Below are positions 8,001 to 18,061 of a stretch of 64,000 nucleotides of DNA, one piece after another. Numbering within the stretch: the first letter of the stretch is position 1; each line of letters opens with the position of its first letter. This stretch comes from a virus. The DNA is taken from positions 64,001 through 128,000 of the IMG/VR virus record IMGVR_UViG_3300032242_000818; one strand, 5' to 3'. The notes beneath the pieces were generated by a model. That model ran no database searches. It was given only the letters and a program-made list of their open reading frames with translations, and was not told the DNA's origin. The position numbers and the translations under genes were made by a program.

Positions 8001-9398
8001 CTAAAACTTAAACCCACTGAAACCTTCTGCTTTCTGTCTCTTTCCAAACTCACTCTTATCAAACATAGGAACATCAACTTCCTTTGTCTGCCCAGAGTCA
8101 GATAAACCTACTTGAGCAGATGCTTCAACATCATATAACTTCATCTTCGCTCGATCAACTCCGATAACAAATCTCTTATAGAAACTAGGATCGTTGTAAC
8201 GATTCTTTAATTGTTTCACAATAATCTGATTCAGTTGTTCAAGTTCTTCATTTGAAACTAACGCAAACATCAAGTCAGCAGTGGCAGGTAATCCAAACGA
8301 TTCAGAAGTATCTTCCAAACCTGGATCGCTATTTGTAAATCCACTTCGAGTAGTTTGTGTGGCTGAAACGATTGGAACATTATATTCAACAGCCAAACCA
8401 CGCAACTCCTCAGCGATGGACTTAATATATGTATAAGAATTAATACTTCCACCTTGCTTCATACGCTGGCTTGCGCAAATGTTTAGATAGTCAATGAAGA
8501 TAATATCAGGTAAGAACTCACGCTTCAACTTCAACTCTTCAAGCAATGCTCTAAAGTGCCCAGCATGCGCACCTGCAGTTGGATATTCTTTAACGATTAA
8601 TTTACCTTGAGTCTTACTTGAGATTTTCTTAATACGATTATCAAAGATATCTTTATCAATAACTTTCAACTCATCCATGGTAAGGTTCAACAAGTTGGCA
8701 TCGATACGTTCAGCGATTCGTTCCTCAGCCATTTCCATAGTAATGTAAAGAACATTCTTACCTTGAACTAAAACACCAGCAGCCACGTGACACATAAACA
8801 AAGATTTACCAACACCAGTGCCAGCCAATACGATGTTAAGGGTTTTCTTCGATAGACCACCCTTAGTGATCTTGTTAAACATATCCAAATCGAAAGGCAA
8901 CTTCTCTTCAACCCTATGATAATATTCATAACGAGCATCACTATCTTCGATATAGTCATGACCAACATGGTTATCAAAAGAAACGGCAAGAGCATCAGAG
9001 AGTATAGAAGGAATTGAGTCCTTGGTGTGGACTTTATCTCCTCCATCGATGATTTTAATAGAGTGTAGAATCGCATTATAAACTGCCTTATCTTTACAAA
9101 ATTTCTCAGTTTGTTCCATCATCCAAGAATCATTAACTTCCTCATGAGTCATTGTTTCTACGTAAGTATTAATGTCAGAAAGTTCTTTGTCATTAATGTC
9201 AGTTCGATTACCAACTTCAATAGAAAGAATTTCTTTTGTTAATGGCTTATTATATTTGGTAAAGAAATCCACAATGATCTTAGCAATGATTGCTTCTTTT
9301 CTTTCAGAGAAATAATCAGTGCGGATAAAAGGGATTACTTTACGACAATATTCTTCATCATATACAAGATTAGTTAAAATCTTTGTTTCAATTCTCAT
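8001..9398 (-). CDS. gp41: Replicative DNA helicase
   Basis: DnaB-like; AGTGVGKS, SATQTTRSG, SESFGLPATAD. Confidence 0.97.
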   Translation of the reverse strand: MRIETKILTNLVYDEEYCRKVIPFIRTDYFSERKEAIIAKIIVDFFTKYNKPLTKEILSIEVGNRTDINDKELSDINTYVETMTHEEVNDSWMMEQTEKFCKDKAVYNAILHSIKIIDGGDKVHTKDSIPSILSDALAVSFDNHVGHDYIEDSDARYEYYHRVEEKLPFDLDMFNKITKGGLSKKTLNIVLAGTGVGKSLFMCHVAAGVLVQGKNVLYITMEMAEERIAERIDANLLNLTMDELKVIDKDIFDNRIKKISSKTQGKLIVKEYPTAGAHAGHFRALLEELKLKREFLPDIIFIDYLNICASQRMKQGGSINSYTYIKSIAEELRGLAVEYNVPIVSATQTTRSGFTNSDPGLEDTSESFGLPATADLMFALVSNEELEQLNQIIVKQLKNRYNDPSFYKRFVIGVDRAKMKLYDVEASAQVGLSDSGQTKEVDVPMFDKSEFGKRQKAEGFSGFKF

Positions 9399-9691
9399 TC
9401 AGTTCCGCCAGTGTAAGTAATGTTGTTTCTTTGTAGTTCTTCTGCCATAATAAACTGAAGAAGTTCACCAATATAGAATTCAAATTCTTCTTTGTTGTAC
9501 TCTATCTGATTGTTATGGACTTCATACTCAAAGTTAAGTTTGCAAGTGTCATCAGGTTGCTCGTCAAACTTAACTTTACCGTAAGAATATATTATACCTT
9601 CAAATGGTCCAGAAGTCAACTTTATCGCATCATGTCCTGTTTTGCGATTCTCAACTAGAATATAAGGTTTCGCAAGATGTTCACTCATCAA
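9395..9691 (-). CDS. gp40: gp40-like head vertex assembly chaperone
   Basis: Position between uvsX and gp41; GIIYSYGKV motif. Confidence 0.6.
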   Translation of the reverse strand: MMSEHLAKPYILVENRKTGHDAIKLTSGPFEGIIYSYGKVKFDEQPDDTCKLNFEYEVHNNQIEYNKEEFEFYIGELLQFIMAEELQRNNITYTGGTE

Positions 9692-10748
9692 ATTCTAGAG
9701 CCTCAAGTGCTTCATCAAGATCATCGCGCATCATTACTTCACCCTGACCAATTGAGTATTTGTTCTTAATGAAATCATAGAAGGTTTTGCTTGTGAGAAT
9801 TGATATCCAAAATTCTTTCGAGTCAGTATCTTTAACACGATATTTTTTATCTTCTACAACCCCATCTTGATCCACCTTACTGTACCAGCCGTTCGATGGC
9901 TTGACCACGTGTCCTGACTCAAGTGCAACGTCAAGTAGACCAGACCACTTAGACAAACCACCATCAAAAGTAACACTAACAGGGATTTTGGATTTTTCTT
10001 TGACATAACGACTTTTCTCCACGTTGATAATAAAGTTATAACCAACAATCTCACTACCTTCTTTCTCTTGCTGACGTCCGAGGATATAGACATTGTCTGC
10101 TGAATACATTGCACCAGTACCACCACCAACGATGGCTTTTGGAAATAAACCGATCTCCATATATGTATGGTTGACAACAACCAGTGGAATATCTTTTAAG
10201 TTCAAGTGTGGTGTTACCATACGGAACAAAGACTTCATTTGTTTTGCTCGAGTCATGTCTGCAGTAGACTTACCTTCTAGTGCGTCATCAACTTCTTTCT
10301 TAGAAGCAAGGTTACCGATTGAGTCAATAACAATAATTAAATGATCACCACGCTCTACGTTTTGTAGTTGTTGCATAATGTCAAACTTTAATTGTTCTAC
10401 ATCGGTAAGTGGAGTATGAACAACTCTGGATGTGTCGATCCCGAAAGTATCAAAGTAAGACTGAGGAGTACCGAACTCGCTATCATAAAAAAGTAAAGCA
10501 GCATCTGGATATTTGTCCAAGTAAGATTTTGCCATCAGTAAACTGAAAGCAGTTTTAAAATGTTTTGATGGACCAGCCCACATAGTAATGCCTGGAGTTA
10601 ATCCACCATCAAGGCGACCTGATAGGGCTACGTTGATAATAGGAACAGAAGTAGGAATCATATCCTTCTTCTTAAAGAACTTTGATTCAGATAGAATCGC
10701 AGAGTCTTTGATAGTTGAATTCTTTTTAATTTTGTCTAAGATGCTCAT
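9681..10748 (-). CDS. uvsX: RecA-like recombinase
   Basis: GPSKHFKT, YDSEFG, DSIGNLASKKE. Confidence 0.97.
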   Translation of the reverse strand: MSILDKIKKNSTIKDSAILSESKFFKKKDMIPTSVPIINVALSGRLDGGLTPGITMWAGPSKHFKTAFSLLMAKSYLDKYPDAALLFYDSEFGTPQSYFDTFGIDTSRVVHTPLTDVEQLKFDIMQQLQNVERGDHLIIVIDSIGNLASKKEVDDALEGKSTADMTRAKQMKSLFRMVTPHLNLKDIPLVVVNHTYMEIGLFPKAIVGGGTGAMYSADNVYILGRQQEKEGSEIVGYNFIINVEKSRYVKEKSKIPVSVTFDGGLSKWSGLLDVALESGHVVKPSNGWYSKVDQDGVVEDKKYRVKDTDSKEFWISILTSKTFYDFIKNKYSIGQGEVMMRDDLDEALEALEFDE

Positions 10749-10749
10749 A

Positions 10750-11001
10750 TTATACCTTTAGAAATTCTAACAATTGTGTTTCATTCATCATACCTGTATG
10801 ACGCTTTATTTCTGTTCCATGTTCATCAAGTAGAATCATAGTAGGAACAGAACGAACCCCATACTCAACTGATGTCATAATTTCATTATCAATATTAATT
10901 TCTTCAATAGGAACAGTAATCTTATCTGCTGCTCCTTTAATAATCATACTTAATCCTTGGCATGGACCGCACCAGTCTGCGTAAAATTTTAATACCTTCA
11001 T
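10750..11001 (-). CDS. Thioredoxin
   Basis: WCGPC active site and cis-Pro motif SVPT. Confidence 0.9.
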   Translation of the reverse strand: MKVLKFYADWCGPCQGLSMIIKGAADKITVPIEEINIDNEIMTSVEYGVRSVPTMILLDEHGTEIKRHTGMMNETQLLEFLKV

Positions 11002-11009
11002 ATAATCTC

Positions 11010-11558
11010 CTATGGGTTGCTCTTTGAATGTGGAACATCAAACACAAATGTGATTCTAGTACAGTCTCCAATGTTTTCTGTTCCGTGTAGTAGTTTATTA
11101 TTGAACCAAAGTAAAGTTCCAGGTTCAACATCATAATGTTCATCACCTACAAAATATCTATATCTTCCTTGGATGGATAGATGATAACGATCTCTTGTAA
11201 GGTAATATTTTCCTTCATCAATATGGCGTCCAACATATCCTCCAACTGGAAGAGATAAGAATCCACAACGACTAAATTTTTTAAAGTTTCTTTTAAGGAA
11301 ACCAACTATCTCTGTGTGATGTTTGATTGCTTCAGTTGGTATACATATCTCACTATCGCCAACAAAGTCTTCTAATTTTTCTACGCCACCAACAACAAGC
11401 TGAAGATTGCCAACTGGTATGTCGTCATATCCTCTATCGATAAGTGATTGAGCACCTTCAATACTTTTCTGAGCCATCCAATCTTCAGGATGTTCTTTTA
11501 GTTGTTTCAATATCTTTGAAACATTAATCCCAGTTTTAATGATACGAATATTATCCAA
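11010..11558 (-). CDS. Aspartyl/asparaginyl beta-hydroxylase-like 2OG-Fe(II) oxygenase
   Basis: HID...RYHL...WFNNKLLHG...RITFVFD. Confidence 0.75.
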   Translation of the reverse strand: MDNIRIIKTGINVSKILKQLKEHPEDWMAQKSIEGAQSLIDRGYDDIPVGNLQLVVGGVEKLEDFVGDSEICIPTEAIKHHTEIVGFLKRNFKKFSRCGFLSLPVGGYVGRHIDEGKYYLTRDRYHLSIQGRYRYFVGDEHYDVEPGTLLWFNNKLLHGTENIGDCTRITFVFDVPHSKSNP

Positions 11559-14037
11559 AGAAATCCTCTAATGAACTTTGTTCTGATGTATTCCAACCCA
11601 GTGGCTCAATAACAATCTGAAGAGCATCGAGAAATACTTTCTCAAATTGTTTATCATAATCTATGTAGGAATGCAATTCAAACTCTGGTGGCAACTCTTG
11701 ACTAAACGCAATGACATCTTCTTGAAATGGATTTGGTTTACGAACATAGACAAACTTAATCTTATCACCATCACGGATTGGTTGATACTTTTTATCAAGA
11801 CCCATCTTCTTGGTGTAGTGATTAAACAATAATGCGCCACGAACATGAATCGGAGTTCCCTTAGAATAGATAGGTGAACCAGCATACTGTTTCATACCAT
11901 TTACGCCACGAGGGAATGCGATATCTTGAACAGGTAGTTTGTCAAACTCTTTACGGAAATCCATAATATAATTCTGAAGATCTGACTGATTACCTTTAAG
12001 AATAACCTCAATCGAGTCACGCAACTTATCACGAATGACTGCAGGTGTTGAAGACTTGACCATCTCAAGACCCATAACTTTAATCTTAGGTTTCGCATAT
12101 TGAACACCTTCAGAGTTATGAACATTAAGAATATATCTTTTCTTGGCAGTCCAGATACCTTTATCAGCAAGAACTTCTCGCTTCATCTGCATCTTTTGAC
12201 TATACGCATTCATATAGTCAGCGAGTTCTTGATAGCCTGTATCAATAAATGGTTGAAAGATACCCTCACAAACCTTATCCATAAACTTAATCTTTTGTTC
12301 ATCAGTTTGGCCAGCACATGCTTGCTCAACTAGAGTTTCAAGAGTAAGATAGATTGAGTCAGTATCAATCGCAACTACATAATCTTTATCCTCAGTCTTG
12401 AGAGTTTTGTTCATGAACGCATTTAACTTGTTAGCCATCCAGCGAATAGATAACTGACCAGAAGTAGTAATACCTTCAGCCATACGGATATCGAAGTATC
12501 GGAAATACTGATTACCCATGGCACCATAAGCAGAGTTCAAAGCAATCTTCATAGCCATCTGAAGATTATTCAAACGAGAAATATCTTTGAGCAAGTGTTT
12601 TTGAGACTTATCTTTCTCATACTCTTGTTGAACTTTCAGCATTTGTTTCTTAAATTTGCTTCGGTCAACATACATCTTTTCCATTAACTCAGGCATGAAC
12701 CCTTTGAACTCTTTTGTATAAGTCCAACCATTTGCAGTCAAAGCAAGATCTCGTTGCTTAACATAAGTTGTATCAATTTCTTGATTCAAAAGTTTGTCAA
12801 CAGTCACGCTAATCTTTTCAGAAGTCAAAGTCTCAGGACTGATATTATACTGCATAATCAAATGCGGATATAATGAGTTCAAATCAAATGAAGCCATCCA
12901 TTTATGAAGACCAATGATTGGATCTTTAACGTACGCACCCTCGAACTGAGCATCTTTACCAGAGTGTGACTTCGCAGGAACAACAATACCCTTCTTGCGT
13001 AAATGGTTATAGATGATTGTATCCCACATACGAACCTGCGAATAAACATCTTCGAAATTAATCTTAGCGTTATATGCCATGGTTAAATGCAGTTCAATCA
13101 AACGCATCTTATCTTCTAGTTTGTCAACCAACTCTACGTCATGAATATTATAATCTACGAATTGTTGCCAGTGATTAGTATAGAAATCCTTGAAAGATTC
13201 TCCTGGATTAACCTTCTTCTTGTCACCAAGTTCTTGTTCAGCGATATAATCAAGGCGATACGATTCTTGTTTAGAATATGTATATTTCTTATACAGTTCA
13301 AGATAATCCAACTGAGCGATACCAATAATGTCATAGTGAATCTCTTCATTACCTTTAATGAAAGTCTTGCGTTCATTGACATAACCCCATGGACTCAATT
13401 TATTAGATTCACCATCACCAAGTTCACGTTCAATCCTACGGATAAGATACGGCATGTCAAAGAAGTCAGTATTCCAACCAGTGATAACATCGGGATGACT
13501 CTTAGTCCAAAACTCTAGAAATTGAATAAGAAGATTATGTTCATCTTTACAGTTAACATAGATTACATCTTCGCGTGGATTGACGTATGCTTTGCTACCA
13601 AAAGTAATAATTCGTTTAGTAGAAAGTTCCTTAACAGTGATTAATAGGATCTCTTCATTGGCAGACTTGATATCAGGGAAACCATTCTCAGTTGAAGTCT
13701 CAATGTCAATGGTAAATACTTTAATCTGCTCCATATCCCAATTGATATCATGGGAATAATTGTCGCTGATGTATTGGTATGCGTAGTTTGAGTTTCCATA
13801 AACATCAAACCCCTGAACACCCTCATATCGTTTAATGAAGTCGCGTGTTTCTTTAATAGTCCCAGGTTGGACTTCATCAACGAATGTTCCCTCCAGTGTC
13901 TTCCACTTGGAGGGTTTCTTTGAAGTTACGTAAAGGGTAGGACTGAAGTCTAGTTTACGTTGGTAGCGTTTACCATTCTCCACACCACGAATGAAAATTC
14001 GATCTCCAATCGGATGCACCGAAGTATAAAATTCCAT
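11551..14037 (-). CDS. gp43: Family B DNA polymerase
   Basis: DIET exonuclease motif, SFDLNSLYP, KIALNSAYG, DTDS; C-terminal clamp tail SLEDFF. Confidence 0.98.
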   Translation of the reverse strand: MEFYTSVHPIGDRIFIRGVENGKRYQRKLDFSPTLYVTSKKPSKWKTLEGTFVDEVQPGTIKETRDFIKRYEGVQGFDVYGNSNYAYQYISDNYSHDINWDMEQIKVFTIDIETSTENGFPDIKSANEEILLITVKELSTKRIITFGSKAYVNPREDVIYVNCKDEHNLLIQFLEFWTKSHPDVITGWNTDFFDMPYLIRRIERELGDGESNKLSPWGYVNERKTFIKGNEEIHYDIIGIAQLDYLELYKKYTYSKQESYRLDYIAEQELGDKKKVNPGESFKDFYTNHWQQFVDYNIHDVELVDKLEDKMRLIELHLTMAYNAKINFEDVYSQVRMWDTIIYNHLRKKGIVVPAKSHSGKDAQFEGAYVKDPIIGLHKWMASFDLNSLYPHLIMQYNISPETLTSEKISVTVDKLLNQEIDTTYVKQRDLALTANGWTYTKEFKGFMPELMEKMYVDRSKFKKQMLKVQQEYEKDKSQKHLLKDISRLNNLQMAMKIALNSAYGAMGNQYFRYFDIRMAEGITTSGQLSIRWMANKLNAFMNKTLKTEDKDYVVAIDTDSIYLTLETLVEQACAGQTDEQKIKFMDKVCEGIFQPFIDTGYQELADYMNAYSQKMQMKREVLADKGIWTAKKRYILNVHNSEGVQYAKPKIKVMGLEMVKSSTPAVIRDKLRDSIEVILKGNQSDLQNYIMDFRKEFDKLPVQDIAFPRGVNGMKQYAGSPIYSKGTPIHVRGALLFNHYTKKMGLDKKYQPIRDGDKIKFVYVRKPNPFQEDVIAFSQELPPEFELHSYIDYDKQFEKVFLDALQIVIEPLGWNTSEQSSLEDFFG

Positions 14038-14438
14038 TATTTTGTTTTCTCAGCTAATTCTTTATACCCTGCCCATGATGGATGGACACCATCTGGTTGC
14101 ATACGATCTGTTCTTAGAATAACATCGTTATATTCGTTTGCCACATGCCAGACTGCTGACTGCGCCTTTGGAAACTTATCACTTGGCATTACCCAGTAAA
14201 CTCTCTGAGCATTTGTTAGTTGACGGATAGTTCGTAATTCTTCTTCAGTGTTCTTTACGTATGCGTCATTTGAACCAAGTGAGATAATAACATGACGTGC
14301 TTGAAGTGGTGTGTTCTTAATATTTGTATTTAACCATTGATGAGAATTAATTCCACCTTTAGAATACGAAACACATTCTTTCCTTACGTTGGCAATTCCA
14401 ACTGCTATTGAATCTCCTGCAATTAAACATTCTAACAT
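14037..14438 (-). CDS. SGNH/GDSL hydrolase
   Basis: GDSI, SLGSND and DGVHP blocks. Confidence 0.8.
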   Translation of the reverse strand: MLECLIAGDSIAVGIANVRKECVSYSKGGINSHQWLNTNIKNTPLQARHVIISLGSNDAYVKNTEEELRTIRQLTNAQRVYWVMPSDKFPKAQSAVWHVANEYNDVILRTDRMQPDGVHPSWAGYKELAEKTK

Positions 14439-15007
14439 TAGTTTTTCCCATACATTAACATCATAGCATCAAGAGCACAGTCATGAACAGGGTGATGCTT
14501 AATGACTTGTGCTCGCTCAAATAAAGGATGGTTCACTTCACAATAACCATTAGTTCCACCACTGAGTAAATCAACAGCAGTTCTAACATCCCTCCACATA
14601 TTATACCCAGTAATAGGTTGCATGTCAAGTTTTTTAGCGAGAGAATCAATAGCCATCTGATCAAGAGAACCTCTTGCCCACATAGTCTGACCATTTGCAT
14701 TAATAAACTTGTTCATATAGTTATGCAATTCTTTAAGTGCATCTTCTGCAAACATATCTACTGAGTTTGCATCAAACGATACGCTGCGAACATATTCATG
14801 CTGGTTCGCCCACCATTCTAGTGTTCCAACATCAACAGTTCGACCAAGACGTTTCGCTTGATCCTTTGCGTTTAACTTAACAAAGCAAGCACTATCTAAC
14901 AAGTCTTGGTAGGTTGGACGTTTCTCTGGATCAAAGTGAATCAATGCTGCTGAAAGAATAACTGCATTAGATTCAACACCCAAAGTTTCTACGTCAAATA
15001 TAAACAT
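14438..15007 (-). CDS. dexA: DexA-like 3'-5' exonuclease
   Basis: FDVETLG, WARG, RDVRT, HDCALD (DEDDh). Confidence 0.85.
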   Translation of the reverse strand: MFIFDVETLGVESNAVILSAALIHFDPEKRPTYQDLLDSACFVKLNAKDQAKRLGRTVDVGTLEWWANQHEYVRSVSFDANSVDMFAEDALKELHNYMNKFINANGQTMWARGSLDQMAIDSLAKKLDMQPITGYNMWRDVRTAVDLLSGGTNGYCEVNHPLFERAQVIKHHPVHDCALDAMMLMYGKN

Positions 15008-15300
15008 TAAAAGTCCCTCGTTTCACCATCTTTAGTAAAGAATGCTTTGATCTTTTGTTCTTCTGTCCAGCCTTGACAATAATCATTATCTACATCACAA
15101 ATATCAAGTGCTTCTAGTTCTGAAACTACTCGATGACTTGTGATTGTTTCACCAAGATATTTCTGAGAGAATTCTTTTGGACGCTCCATTGTTACATCAT
15201 CAAGTGCATATTCTGGATGCGCTTGATCAACTTCAACCATATATCGTTGACGAAACATTCCAATCGTCTCAACCATAACCCATACTTTATCACTCATCAA
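15007..15300 (-). CDS. Hypothetical protein
   Basis: 97-aa ORF tightly packed in the operon. Confidence 0.6.
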   Translation of the reverse strand: MMSDKVWVMVETIGMFRQRYMVEVDQAHPEYALDDVTMERPKEFSQKYLGETITSHRVVSELEALDICDVDNDYCQGWTEEQKIKAFFTKDGETRDF

Positions 15301-15658
15301 TCATCTCCTTAGTTAAAGCCAGCGAGTTTTTCAATGCCTTTTCAGCAACTCGCAATCCATATTCCATCTCATGATTCTTTCGTCTAGCAAGTCTCAAATC
15401 ATTACGAGTTTTTTGATTCTCTTCATACAACTCTGTGGTATCTTTCTTAAGTTTCTCAACCCAATCATTTACTTTATGAATTGTTACCCAAGTACCATCT
15501 GCTAGTTTAGTATGACCATCACGAATACGAAATTCGTCAGTCCATCTTTCAGTATTTTTATAACTTGGCATTGGTTCAAACAAAAACAATTCTTGTTGCT
15601 GTAGTTTCTGTAAAAGAACATCAAAGTTCTTTTCCATATTTTCTTTACCATAAAACAT
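15290..15658 (-). CDS. Hypothetical protein with a coiled-coil C-terminus
   Basis: 122-aa ORF coupled to both neighbours. Confidence 0.6.
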   Translation of the reverse strand: MFYGKENMEKNFDVLLQKLQQQELFLFEPMPSYKNTERWTDEFRIRDGHTKLADGTWVTIHKVNDWVEKLKKDTTELYEENQKTRNDLRLARRKNHEMEYGLRVAEKALKNSLALTKEMIDE

Positions 15659-16194
15659 TATTCATCTCCTTCATCTTCATCAGACTGATATTCTTCAGTA
15701 CGACCAGCCATTGCTGCATGGATATCGCAAAGAGTACGATGCCAACCATCAGTATAAGTTTTACCTGGACTACCGCATTCTTCACAAGTGCGATAACTAA
15801 AATTCTCAGCAACTGAAATATAATTCCAGTGCTTATCGGTTGCTCCATTAACATAGAAACGAAGTCCACCGAACTTTTCTTTTACTTGAGAAGCCACTGG
15901 AACCTTAACAGTTTCTTCATCAAGTTTTGCTTTGGCTTCATCGATTGCTTCTTGTGTTACGAGTTTAGTGCCATAGAGAACACCACCAACACCAACATCA
16001 ACAAGATAATCATAACGACTCTTCGCTTGGCGATAATCACCATACAACATCCCACAAAGAACATCAAGGATATTATACCAACCATCACCATGTGAGAAAC
16101 CCCAGCACATGGCTGTGTGTTGCATATTCTCATTTCGATCTTTAAAGATCAGCGGATATTTTGCACAGAGTGCTTCATCAAGTTCTTTTCTCAT
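15658..16194 (-). CDS. Phage hypothetical protein with a Zn ribbon
   Basis: QVKEKFGGLRFY motif followed by CEECG...TLCDIH. Confidence 0.65.
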   Translation of the reverse strand: MRKELDEALCAKYPLIFKDRNENMQHTAMCWGFSHGDGWYNILDVLCGMLYGDYRQAKSRYDYLVDVGVGGVLYGTKLVTQEAIDEAKAKLDEETVKVPVASQVKEKFGGLRFYVNGATDKHWNYISVAENFSYRTCEECGSPGKTYTDGWHRTLCDIHAAMAGRTEEYQSDEDEGDE

Positions 16195-17711
16195 ACTGCT
16201 CCAATCATTTGTTTATACATCATCAATCTCATATCATTCAATACTGGAATATTATACATTCTCTGCAATTCAACTTCAGTATAGGTGGTAATATGTTCAA
16301 GGGGGATACCCAGAGCAAGATATGATATTACTTGAAAATCTGGAACTAAAGTTTTATTACCCATACTTCTGCTAAAGTTATCTGCAATCTGAGAACACAT
16401 TCTAAAATTTAAACCCTGTTCTTCATGAACCCATCCATCATTATTAAATGTGTAACCATAGATTTCAGGATTCATTGCAAACTCAGAACCATAAAGATTA
16501 ACACCTTTTGTTTTATCTGTTATGTGTAAAGCATTAAATGATGTATGTTGTACTGGGTATTCATCGCTATGGACATATTCCCAAAGTTCTTCAAAATATT
16601 TTTCATCATCATATGGCAATCCGATAATTAAACCTACACCAGTATTAACTTTACCTTTCCATTTTTCACGAACCCATTTTAATCTTTCTTTAACTCTATC
16701 TGGATGAAGTCCTTTACCAATTGCTTTTGCGCTCTTATGATTAAACGATTCAATACCAAAGAAGTTGCCAACTAATCCTGCCTCAAGAAGTAAATCTGCT
16801 TGGTGTGGGAACCTATCAATCAAATCAAGTCTTAAGAATGCAGAAAATTTTGGTTTGAATGGCAATGATGTAAACAACTTATAAAATTCTTCCATCTTAT
16901 CATTATCATCATTGAAGGTATCGTCAGTTATGTAATATGAATCAGTTCCTCTAGTTTCCCAGAGTTTAACTAACTCATCACGAACCTCTTCCATATCTCT
17001 AATGTAAGTGCCTTTCTTTTTACCAAGTAAAGGATAAGAACAAAATTTACATTTGAAAATACAACCACGAGCAAATTCAATAGGCAATCCCTCACCTGGA
17101 AGAAGATGCACATCATCATCATGATAAAATGTTTGTAACTGATCCATTTGTGGTTCTGGATATTTACCTGAGTCTATAATGATAGAAGTCTTACCATCAA
17201 TAACCTTCTCAGTAAAATTTTCTAGTTTATCTTTTTTACCAGCAAGAAAATTAGTAAGATCAACTGAAGACACATCCCCATATCCAGCAACATAATAATC
17301 TACCTGATGATCCGCATGAGCAAGTAAAGCATATGCGCCACCAAAAACAATCTTGGCTGAACTGGTAGCCTTAACATAATCATAGATTTTAGAAATCTTT
17401 TCATATGATGTACTTTGATACATCTTTAAAAGATTATCATTGATCATGGCTACCTTACCATCTCTACGTGCATAGAAGAAGGTAGAAGAGTATCCAACCC
17501 AAAGAGTTTCTGGTGTAAGAACTTTTTCTATTGCATTAATGACTTCTTCAGCAGACATATACTGAGTATAGTCAATAACAACTGCACTATACCCATGCTT
17601 CTTCAATTCTGATGTAATCCTGTAAGGTCCAAGAGACCTTTGAATCCTAGGAAAGATTGGGTCATTATGTTTAGACCCACTCAGAATAATTACATCTGCC
17701 ATCAACCCCAA
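16191..17711 (-). CDS. Cobalamin-binding radical SAM enzyme
   Basis: N-terminal B12-binding-like region, RGCIFKCKFC (CxxxCxxC), DDTFND, FGIES. Confidence 0.8.
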   Translation of the reverse strand: MGLMADVIILSGSKHNDPIFPRIQRSLGPYRITSELKKHGYSAVVIDYTQYMSAEEVINAIEKVLTPETLWVGYSSTFFYARRDGKVAMINDNLLKMYQSTSYEKISKIYDYVKATSSAKIVFGGAYALLAHADHQVDYYVAGYGDVSSVDLTNFLAGKKDKLENFTEKVIDGKTSIIIDSGKYPEPQMDQLQTFYHDDDVHLLPGEGLPIEFARGCIFKCKFCSYPLLGKKKGTYIRDMEEVRDELVKLWETRGTDSYYITDDTFNDDNDKMEEFYKLFTSLPFKPKFSAFLRLDLIDRFPHQADLLLEAGLVGNFFGIESFNHKSAKAIGKGLHPDRVKERLKWVREKWKGKVNTGVGLIIGLPYDDEKYFEELWEYVHSDEYPVQHTSFNALHITDKTKGVNLYGSEFAMNPEIYGYTFNNDGWVHEEQGLNFRMCSQIADNFSRSMGNKTLVPDFQVISYLALGIPLEHITTYTEVELQRMYNIPVLNDMRLMMYKQMIGAV

Positions 17712-18061
17712 GTCCTATGATTTTCTGCTACGTGTTCCATTCCATCATAGTCGTGGATATGCCATTCCACATCGTCAGGAATTTCAACGATAGCAATATC
17801 CGCAGCCCAACTATTTGCTGCAGTGCCCATCTCTTCAATAACTGCGATCAAATCTGGATCAGATCTATTGTTACAGAAGTCATAGTCGCTTAGATAATGA
17901 TCATCGTCGCCAGAATGACCTGCTTCAAAATAAGAGTTACCCAACAGTCTGGATTCATTCTCTACTTTGTCAAAGGCAATACCTTTACGATCAAGTAGTT
18001 TCTCAAATGCTTCATTTGAGATACCAAACCCACCAAAACAACGATTGATTGCTACTTTCAT
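17702..18061 (-). CDS. Phage hypothetical protein
   Basis: KVAINRCFGGFGIS...RSDPDLIAVIEE...YDGMEHV. Confidence 0.65.
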   Translation of the reverse strand: MKVAINRCFGGFGISNEAFEKLLDRKGIAFDKVENESRLLGNSYFEAGHSGDDDHYLSDYDFCNNRSDPDLIAVIEEMGTAANSWAADIAIVEIPDDVEWHIHDYDGMEHVAENHRTWG

